The position numbers and the translations under genes were made by a program. Below are positions 26,156 through 32,000 of a stretch of 32,000 nucleotides of DNA, piece after piece; position 1 is the stretch's first letter; every line of letters begins with the position of its first letter. The DNA is from Candidatus Saccharimonadota bacterium (GTDB taxonomy: Bacteria; Patescibacteriota; Saccharimonadia; Saccharimonadales; Saccharimonadaceae). The stretch spans positions 630,001-662,000 of the forward strand of contig CP064995.1 of NCBI GenBank assembly GCA_016700015.1, read 5' to 3'. The notes below the pieces were generated by a model, which saw only the letters and a list, made by a program, of their open reading frames with translations, was not told where the DNA came from and ran no database searches.

Positions 26156-26177
26156 CAGACGCCCGTCCAGGCGTCTG
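26156..26177. terminator. Hairpin between the convergent GT-C and rplU genes
   Basis: CAGACGCC-CGTCCA-GGCGTCTG, 8-bp GC-rich stem; TTTGTTATCC follows on the minus strand. Confidence 0.5.
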
Positions 26178-26200
26178 ATGTATAACGAAAACTCAATGAG

Positions 26201-26506
26201 CTACTTAATAGATACGACTTCGAGCTTTGTGTATTTCTGTCGGTGACCAGTCTGCGTGTTGACTCGCTTCTTACTCTTGTAACGAATAACGCGGAGCTTT
26301 TCGCCGGCAACTTTTGGTTCTAGTACCTTTGTTTTTACTTTCACACCCTTGACAAATGGTGAACCAATTATGGTCTTGTCACCATCAATCACGAGAAGTG
26401 CGTCGAGATCGAGCTCTTTTGTGCCTTCAGGGAGGAGGTCCACCATGAGGGTCTCTTTTTCAGCGACAATGTATTGCTTGCCACTGATTTTCACGACTGC
26501 TTTCAT
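26201..26506 (-). CDS. rplU: 50S ribosomal protein L21
   Basis: 101 aa from MKAVVKISGKQYIV; AAAAGGAAA SD. Confidence 0.93.
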   Translation of the reverse strand: MKAVVKISGKQYIVAEKETLMVDLLPEGTKELDLDALLVIDGDKTIIGSPFVKGVKVKTKVLEPKVAGEKLRVIRYKSKKRVNTQTGHRQKYTKLEVVSIK

Positions 26507-26542
26507 CAAATTTCCTTTTAACGTTATTGTTATCAAATAGGT

Positions 26543-26571
26543 ATTGTACCAGAGGTAGCACGGTTTTGCAA
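26543..26571 (-). promoter_or_regulatory. Promoter of rplU
   Basis: TTGCAA (26571-26566) - 17 nt - TGgTACAAT (-10 at 26548-26543). Confidence 0.7.
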
Positions 26572-26588
26572 TAGACTAGCCGATTGTT

Positions 26589-26831
26589 CTAATCGTTACT
26601 GAAGTCAAACCAAGTGGGATCTTGCTTAAGATCGGCTTCGACACCATTCCAAAACTCGTCGAGTCCGACGACATCGGGTGTTTCCTCGAGACGTATTATA
26701 TCGTCGTCACGCTCAGTTTGAGCCGCCTTTAGCAGCTCATCATTGTCGTCAGTTACCGGGCTAAGCGTCAGTCGGCTTGGCGGCAAGAGGTTTGGAAATT
26801 CAAGGTGGTGGGTTCGTTTTAGATGAAGCAT
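26589..26831 (-). CDS. Small acidic hypothetical protein (80 aa)
   Basis: Start at MLHLKRTHH chosen downstream of the TTGACT-17-TATTAT promoter; very acidic C-terminal half. Confidence 0.45.
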   Translation of the reverse strand: MLHLKRTHHLEFPNLLPPSRLTLSPVTDDNDELLKAAQTERDDDIIRLEETPDVVGLDEFWNGVEADLKQDPTWFDFSND

Positions 26832-26858
26832 GGTGTGTGTTCTTAAGTGTGTGTCAGT

Positions 26859-26887
26859 ATAATAGCATAAACACAATAGTAAGTCAA
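26859..26887 (-). promoter_or_regulatory. Promoter of the small acidic protein gene
   Basis: TTGACT (26887-26882) - 17 nt - TATTAT (26864-26859). Confidence 0.55.
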
Positions 26888-26978
26888 TAGCTCCGTACCA
26901 GTCCACCACCTTTGGAACATAAAGACAGGCTCCCGTAAGCTGTAGTTACACTACTAATTATAGATAGGAGGCCTATCT

Positions 26979-27624
26979 ATGGCCTATTCCACCAACCCTA
27001 ATATTACCCCATTTGGCGCTGGAAACGTAAGTAGGAGACTCGTAACCAAATGATGTAGCGATACAACTTCAACCGACCAGCTCGCCAGAAGACAATAAAG
27101 CTACAGATTGAGGTAGTCTGGCGCCACCCCGTCACCGCCCTTGAGACTTCTGTGAGCTTGAGCCACATCAAGCAGATCCTCCGCCACCATCCACTGCATG
27201 GACAGCGCGAGGAGACCAAGAGTGAAAATAGATAACCCAAAACGATCAATATGTCACCTGACCTGGTGAACTTGTCCAGACTGACACCATCCACCATGTC
27301 GATCCGTACACTAGAAAAAGGCTGTATTACTAACCTATTCACCATGATGACACACGTCATCCTGGCTCCAAAGCTTTACGCAACAAATGCACAGATCGGG
27401 ACGCAAACTAGGCATAATCGGTTACACCAACCAAACGACAATGCACACATTGAACGTTTTAACTGCACTATCTGACAGAATACATAGGATATCACCGGAA
27501 CAGAAGCGTACCACTCCCGTCCCAGCAAGCCAAGTTAGACACTTGGCTTGAGTACCACAATACAAGATGTGTACACTTAGGGATACGGCTTAGGACACCC
27601 CAACAAATGTTGCAAAGGTATTGA
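26979..27624 (+). mobile_element. Degraded rve/DDE-type transposase (IS remnant), multiple frameshifts, stops and deletions
   Basis: Three frames give PGELVQTDTIHHVDPYTRKRLYY (27262-), PNDNAHIERFNCTI (to 27475) and KLDTWLEYHNTRCVHLGIRLRTPQQML (27532-27624). These correspond to the first-D region, the NG..ERFN..L motif and the L..W...YN..R.H..L..TP tail of integrase-core transposases. Confidence 0.65.
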
Positions 27625-27874
27625 ACTCTGTACAGAGGTAGGTTTTTCGCTTTCACGCTCATCAATCTTTTCTCAAACGCAGCGTATGCAGAATACGCCC
27701 CATGCGCTGACATGGTGACACGACACGCACGTCTCCGTTGCCCAAGCGCGACAATGGTTCCCACATAGAGTGATTTAGCAGAACAGTGCGAGAACAACTG
27801 GTGCCAGACAAGGTCTGCCAATGCTTAGTCTAGTACTTTGGGAGGTCGTTCTGTAAGATAAAATGCACTATCGA

Positions 27875-30145
27875 TTAAGACCGCCGCAACCAGTTGTAGG
27901 TTCTCCGCATCAAACCTACAACCCCTAGAACAGTGATACCCAAAGCCATTGCTACTATCATGTGGAAGTCTATGCCTGTCGGCGCCAATGATGCAGTGGT
28001 ATTCAGTGTCATCGAAGCAACAATACTCTCCCCAAGCGTGTTCCCAGCAAGAATCTGCGTCTCATAGCTGACATTAGACTGTAAATTAGATAATGTTACA
28101 GAAAGAACATTACCGGCAACTTGGATCGTCGTCCATATCGAGGTACCAAATACACGATACATGATCTTGTAGTAATCAACACCAGCAGAACCAACATGTT
28201 GCGGCGCTGCCCACGAGATAGTTGCCGCAGTCGAACTACTCATGGTAGTAGCGATACTAAGCGGGGCACTCGGTATGATTGGTGCACTCCAGACGGAGAT
28301 CTTTGAAGGGCGCATCCCGGTATTTAGGTCTTGATCGGCCACATACACATTGCCGTCGTCGTCAGTCACTACCCCCCATGAAGGCAAAAGTTCGTTCTGG
28401 AGGACACCAAACCGACCAAACTGCGAGAGATACGTGCCGTCGGCAGCAAACTTCTGAACTCGCACTACGTACAAGCCATTGTCGGCATCGGTATCATAGC
28501 CCGAATCAACCACGAGAATTCGACCCTCAGAATCAACCGTCAGACCTGATGCTCCGGTAAACTGCCCATCGCCTTTTCCAGTTGTTCCCCATTGAGTGAC
28601 ATAGGTACCGTCATTTGTAAATTTCTGAACCCGGTTTAAGATGTAGTCACTAACGTAGACATTACCAGCCTTATCTATAGCGATAGAGATTGGATCTTCG
28701 AACTGGCCATTGCTATTGCCTTGCGTGCCAAACTGGCGGAGATAAGCGCCGTTTTGGTCAAAGACCTGGATACGATGATTACCTACATCAGTAACGAAGA
28801 TGTGACCCGACGAGTCAAACGCGATACCTTCGGGACTAATAAATTGGCCGTTACCGGTACCAAAACTTCCAAACTGCCGGATATAGGCACCACCAGCGTC
28901 AAACACTTGCACTCTACTATTACCGCTGTCAACGACGTATAGCTCGCTGTTAGGGGCAAGAGCAAGACCCATTGGAGATTCGAGCCGTCCATCACTACTG
29001 CCGCTGCTCCCGATAACCCGTAGTAGACCTCCGCCTGATCGATAAACCTTGACGTTATCCCATCGGATATCAGCAACATAGATAGTACCTGCAGAGTCTC
29101 GATCAATATCGCTCGGGTCACAGAGATTGGTCGCTAGCGCAGCTGGGTCATCGAAGACAAACTGGTCGAGGTATGTACCATTACTATCAAATTTCTGAAT
29201 ACGGTTGTTGTCCATATCAGCTACATAGATATTGCCGCTTGAGTCTGTGGCAATACTCTCAACTCCGCTGAACTGGCCGTTACCCGTACCGAAACTTCCA
29301 AACTGGCTGAGGTATGTACCATTACTATCAAATTTCTGGATACGGTTGTTACCGGTGTCAACCACGTAGATATTGCCTGCAGCACTAACAGTCACTCCGT
29401 GAGGAAATGAGAACTGGCCGTTGCCTGAACCGACTGAACCAAACTGGTCGAGGTATGTACCATTACTATCAAATTTCTGAATACGGTTGTTGTCCATATC
29501 AGCTACATAGATATTGCCGCTTGAGTCTGTGGCAATACTCTCAACTCCGCTGAACTGGCCGTTACCCGTACCGAAACTTCCAAACTGGCTGAGGTATGTA
29601 CCATTACTATCAAATTTCTGGATACGGTTGTTACCGGTGTCAACCACGTAGATATTGCCTGCAGCACTAACAGTCACTCCGTGAGGAAATGAGAACTGGC
29701 CGTTGCCTGAACCGACTGAACCAAACTGGTCGAGGTATGTACCATTACTATCAAATTTCTGAATACGGTTGTTGTCCATATCAGCTACATAGATATTGCC
29801 GCTTGAGTCTGTGGCAATATCTTCTGGGAACGAAAATTGGCCGTTGATAACACCTTCTCCCCCGAAACTCCCACTACTACTACCATCGGTGCCCATGATG
29901 ACAACTTCATTCATGAAAGTAGACGCGTATAGCTTTCCGTCGTAATATGCAATGCTTCGCGGTCGAAAAATGTTATTCGGGCATCCGTGCGTACCGATAT
30001 TTCGTTGCCACGTATAGGTATCTTGCGGTGCGGCCGCAGATACCATAGCCACCATCTGGTTTGCAATAACTAACCCGATAACAAATACCCGAACGGCTTG
30101 ACCTATGCCCCTTCGAAGCACATGCTTATGTAGAAGTACACGCAT
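27875..30145 (-). CDS. Cell-surface NHL-repeat protein with FN3 domain and LPXTG-type (LAPTG) sortase anchor
   Basis: 756 aa; N-terminal signal/TM; ~12 NHL repeats (GNIYV[AV]D..NNRIQKFD..G.Y..QFG); FN3-like segment (PSAPLSI...ISWAAP...YYKIMYR); C-terminal LAPTG (27974-27988) plus hydrophobic helix plus RRTYNWLRRS. Confidence 0.88.
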   Translation of the reverse strand: MRVLLHKHVLRRGIGQAVRVFVIGLVIANQMVAMVSAAAPQDTYTWQRNIGTHGCPNNIFRPRSIAYYDGKLYASTFMNEVVIMGTDGSSSGSFGGEGVINGQFSFPEDIATDSSGNIYVADMDNNRIQKFDSNGTYLDQFGSVGSGNGQFSFPHGVTVSAAGNIYVVDTGNNRIQKFDSNGTYLSQFGSFGTGNGQFSGVESIATDSSGNIYVADMDNNRIQKFDSNGTYLDQFGSVGSGNGQFSFPHGVTVSAAGNIYVVDTGNNRIQKFDSNGTYLSQFGSFGTGNGQFSGVESIATDSSGNIYVADMDNNRIQKFDSNGTYLDQFVFDDPAALATNLCDPSDIDRDSAGTIYVADIRWDNVKVYRSGGGLLRVIGSSGSSDGRLESPMGLALAPNSELYVVDSGNSRVQVFDAGGAYIRQFGSFGTGNGQFISPEGIAFDSSGHIFVTDVGNHRIQVFDQNGAYLRQFGTQGNSNGQFEDPISIAIDKAGNVYVSDYILNRVQKFTNDGTYVTQWGTTGKGDGQFTGASGLTVDSEGRILVVDSGYDTDADNGLYVVRVQKFAADGTYLSQFGRFGVLQNELLPSWGVVTDDDGNVYVADQDLNTGMRPSKISVWSAPIIPSAPLSIATTMSSSTAATISWAAPQHVGSAGVDYYKIMYRVFGTSIWTTIQVAGNVLSVTLSNLQSNVSYETQILAGNTLGESIVASMTLNTTASLAPTGIDFHMIVAMALGITVLGVVGLMRRTYNWLRRS
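29158..29819. repeat. Perfect 282-bp tandem repeat, 2.35 copies, inside the NHL gene
   Basis: Unit starts at 29158, 29440 and 29722; copies identical by eye; each unit encodes two NHL blades (94 aa). Confidence 0.95.
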
Positions 30146-30212
30146 ATGTGGTAATCACCCTCCATCTCCCTCTGTGTATCTTATATTTTTGTTCTTGGTG
30201 GAATTGTGATTA

Positions 30213-30241
30213 AGTATAGCATAAGAATTAACTGCGAACAA
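30213..30241 (-). promoter_or_regulatory. Candidate promoter of the NHL surface protein gene
   Basis: TTGTTC (30241-30236) - 17 nt - TATACT (30218-30213); GGAGGG SD at 30158-30163. Confidence 0.5.
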
Positions 30242-30410
30242 ATCTGGCATTACATCGCAACAGTACTGGAGGTATGGGCGAGTCTTACAGTGTCAAACGT
30301 ATTCTCCGTCGTCATAACTGCTTTGACTGTACGAGGAAAGATCAGAGCCATATAAAACAATCCGGGACACGCCCAGGAGACACTCGAGGCCCGGCATGAT
30401 AGCCATATTT

Positions 30411-31382
30411 TCATTGTTCCCACGAGAAATTGGTATGCCCAAAGTGGCCATAGCGTGCTGTCTCTTCATACACCAGACGACGGAGATCGAGTGCAGTAAT
30501 AATACCCCGCGGGCTAAGATCATAGCCTTCGACGACTTCTTGTACGCCGTCGATTGTCACCGTCGCTTCAAGTGGCTGATCATAACCTATGGCATACGCC
30601 AGGTGACAAAACACTTCATGAGCACCACGTTTCTTCAGATAGTCACGTGCGATCTTGCGAGCCATATAGGCGGCACTACGATCGACCTTGCTCGGATCTT
30701 TGCCACTAAAGCACCCACCCCCAATAGGTATGCTTGGGCCGTAGTTGTCGACAACCAATTTACGCCCAGTCAGACCGGCATCAGCATCAAATCCACCCTG
30801 GTGCCAATCACCCGCAGGGTTGGCATGAATGACAAGGTTGTCGCTACAGGTAGCTCTTGTCTCACTCTGAGCCCAGGCTTCAACAGCCGCCTTCAGCTCA
30901 TCATGTGGAGCGTTTTGAAAACTTGCAACCAAAGCAGTGATCTGACCATCTTTGAGTGTCACCTGTGTCTTGCCGTCAAACGGCCAGCGCTCATACAAAT
31001 ATTGGTTGAGGCTGCGACTGAGAACGACTTCAAGCGGCAACAATTCCTCTGTTTCACTACACGCATACCCCACCATGATACCTTGGTCGCCCGCACCGCC
31101 AGTATCAACGCCCTGTGCAATCTCTGGGCTTTGCTTTACTAAATGAACGGTCAGTTCGACACCACCAGCAATTCGCGTCACAATCGGCTCAATCTCTGGA
31201 TGTTCGGTGCTAGTGACTTCACCGGTAATAAATACTTTGCCATGTCCACCAACTGTTTCCACGGCCACGCGAGCGGTCGGATCTTTTGCTAGATAGGCAT
31301 CCAGTATTGCATCCGATATTTGATCACATAATTTATCTGGGTGCTTTGGTGAAACTGATTCAGCTGTTCGAAATCGACTCAT
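30411..31382 (-). CDS. metK: S-adenosylmethionine synthetase (compact form)
   Basis: 323 aa; SPKHPDKLCDQISDAILD, GAGDQGIMVGYA, GGGCFSGKDPSKVDRSAAYMAR; AAGGAGAAG SD. Confidence 0.93.
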   Translation of the reverse strand: MSRFRTAESVSPKHPDKLCDQISDAILDAYLAKDPTARVAVETVGGHGKVFITGEVTSTEHPEIEPIVTRIAGGVELTVHLVKQSPEIAQGVDTGGAGDQGIMVGYACSETEELLPLEVVLSRSLNQYLYERWPFDGKTQVTLKDGQITALVASFQNAPHDELKAAVEAWAQSETRATCSDNLVIHANPAGDWHQGGFDADAGLTGRKLVVDNYGPSIPIGGGCFSGKDPSKVDRSAAYMARKIARDYLKKRGAHEVFCHLAYAIGYDQPLEATVTIDGVQEVVEGYDLSPRGIITALDLRRLVYEETARYGHFGHTNFSWEQ

Positions 31383-31411
31383 TGTCGTTACTTCTCCTTA
31401 TTTTTTATACG

Positions 31412-31449
31412 TTTGAAAACAAAAATCCGCCTGGCAAGCAGACGGATTT
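31412..31449 (-). terminator. Expression-platform terminator of the metK riboswitch
   Basis: AAAUCCGUCUG-CUUGC-CAGGCGGAUUU (11-bp stem with one G.U pair) followed by UUGUUUU. Confidence 0.8.
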
Positions 31450-31466
31450 ATAAAACACTTCGCGTC

Positions 31467-31569
31467 ATATCTTCCCCTTTTTGCTGGGCTGAATGAAAGC
31501 ACCTTGCTCCGTACGAGAAACTGGTTGCTAGCGGTTCATCGAGTCAGATCTCTCCCCGCTTCTTGATAC
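31467..31569 (-). promoter_or_regulatory. SAM riboswitch aptamer (S-box / SAM-I clan)
   Basis: GUAUCAAGAAGCGGGGAGAGAUCUGACUCGAUGAACCGCUAGCAACCAG...AAGGUGC...GCCC..GGGGAAGAUAU matches the SAM-I core UAUCAAGAG.GG.GGAGGGA...CCC.AUGAA.CC.GCAACC...GGUGC...AGAUGA; located in the metK leader. Confidence 0.75.
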
Positions 31570-31597
31570 TTCATAAAACTGATAATGTACTGTGTCT

Positions 31598-31626
31598 ACT
31601 ATAGCCTTAGCGAAGCATTTTGGCAA
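31598..31626 (-). promoter_or_regulatory. Promoter of the riboswitch-metK transcript
   Basis: TTGCCA (31626-31621) - 17 nt - TATAGT (31603-31598); the -35 lies inside the rhodanese 3' end. Confidence 0.7.
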
Positions 31627-31870
31627 CGTGATGTTCGTTGATACCGTTTGTTAAGTTGGTAAAACCGTGCGCCTTGAGCAGCTGTATGCACGTGTTTGAT
31701 CGCTGACCGCTGCGACAATAGAGAATGATCGGTTGATCCTTGCTGACATCAACCAATTGTGGCGGCAGCGTACCACGCATGAATTGCATAGTCGATATAT
31801 TGATCGCTCCAGGTACATGACTTGAAGCAAATTCAGCTGGTTCTCGTGTGTCGATGACGATTGGTTTCAT
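31607..31870 (-). CDS. Single-domain rhodanese-like sulfurtransferase
   Basis: 87 aa; active-site loop CRSGQRS; start ATG overlaps the upstream ORF stop (ATGA). Confidence 0.85.
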   Translation of the reverse strand: MKPIVIDTREPAEFASSHVPGAINISTMQFMRGTLPPQLVDVSKDQPIILYCRSGQRSNTCIQLLKAHGFTNLTNGINEHHVAKMLR

Positions 31871-32000
31871 GATGTAAGTCCCACTATACGGTTATTTGCC
31901 CTCAGCCATCCATCAACACTGCCGCATTCCATATACTCACCATTAACTGTACCAACGATCACTTTTTTGCCACTATCAACATAACGGTTTATTACGTCAA
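31867..32000 (-). CDS. 3' end of an unidentified CDS entering from the right edge (...GKKVIVGTVNGEYMECGSVDGWLRANNRIVGLTS)
   Basis: Open frame to the window edge; TGA overlaps the rhodanese ATG (translational coupling). Confidence 0.4.
   Translation of the reverse strand, partial: DVINRYVDSGKKVIVGTVNGEYMECGSVDGWLRANNRIVGLTS

Noticed and set aside
27004-27821. Two minus-strand ORFs (118 aa and 109 aa) in the region between the acidic protein gene and the NHL gene.
   Set aside because: They lie antisense to the transposase remnant, are Cys/Trp/Arg-rich and have no start signals. The region is better explained as decayed IS DNA.
29158-29819. Whether the regular tandem repeats could be a CRISPR array or satellite.
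   Set aside because: The repeats are contiguous 282-bp units with no unique spacers. They are in frame within a long CDS encoding NHL blades, so this is not CRISPR.
30352-30397. A GC-rich element, CCGGG...CCCGG, followed by ATTGTTTTATAT downstream of metK, considered as a possible terminator.
   Set aside because: Only a 5-bp stem with a 23-nt poorly paired loop. Plausible, but too weak to list as a feature.
30396-31142. A 248-aa plus-strand ORF, and a 76-aa minus-strand ORF at 30293-30523.
   Set aside because: The first is antisense to metK. The second spans the metK stop and intergenic DNA. Neither has motifs or start signals.
1-32000. A scan for tRNA, rRNA, tmRNA, RNase P or CRISPR features in the intergenic regions.
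   Set aside because: The intergenic regions are short and are accounted for by promoters, terminators, the riboswitch and the IS remnant. No cloverleaf-like or rRNA-like sequence was recognised by eye, though tRNAscan or Infernal would be needed for certainty.

Overview
All calls below rest on manual motif reading and synteny. No database, profile or structure search was possible.

**Overall picture.** This is a gene-dense chromosomal segment with about 35 protein genes, mostly on the minus strand. I found no rRNA, tRNA or CRISPR array. Gene order follows two syntenies known from Firmicutes:
- rpsB-tsf-[pyrH]-frr-uppS-[cdsA-dxr]-rseP-proS
- rpmE-[tdk]-prfA-prmC

The bracketed biosynthetic genes are missing here, and orphan genes sit in their slots. 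The envelope genes are of the Gram-positive type: an LCP ligase, HtrA, LepB and a protein with a sortase-type LAPTG anchor. Several enzymes are compact, including a 414-aa ProRS without the INS domain, a 323-aa MetK and a 198-aa EF-Ts. From this I infer a small-genome, Gram-positive-like organism, possibly CPR or Saccharibacteria-like.

**Recognisable genes.** greA, proS, a CPBP protease, rseP, uppS, frr, a CodA-like amidohydrolase, tsf, rpsB, rpmE, prfA, prmC, htrA, an LCP protein, lepB, parB, parA, a GT-C-like membrane protein, rplU, an NHL/FN3 surface protein, metK (behind a SAM-I-like riboswitch) and a rhodanese.

**Most interesting observations.**
1. An orphan two-gene operon lies between rpsB and rpmE. 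Its 659-aa product carries an ordered motif string resembling the PARP / H-Y-E ADP-ribosyltransferase core.
2. A decayed, frameshifted and internally deleted copy of the prfA 5' end, with its promoter, lies 1.2 kb upstream of the intact prfA. An inserted opposite-strand gene separates the two.
3. A second insertion between prfA and prmC encodes a GGCT-like protein, a P-loop kinase-like protein, a histidine phosphatase and a small protein.
4. The sortase-anchored NHL-repeat protein contains 662 bp of 100% identical 282-bp tandem repeats and sits next to an IS remnant.
5. At least seven start codons lie 6-8 nt downstream of a -10 box, which suggests leaderless mRNAs.
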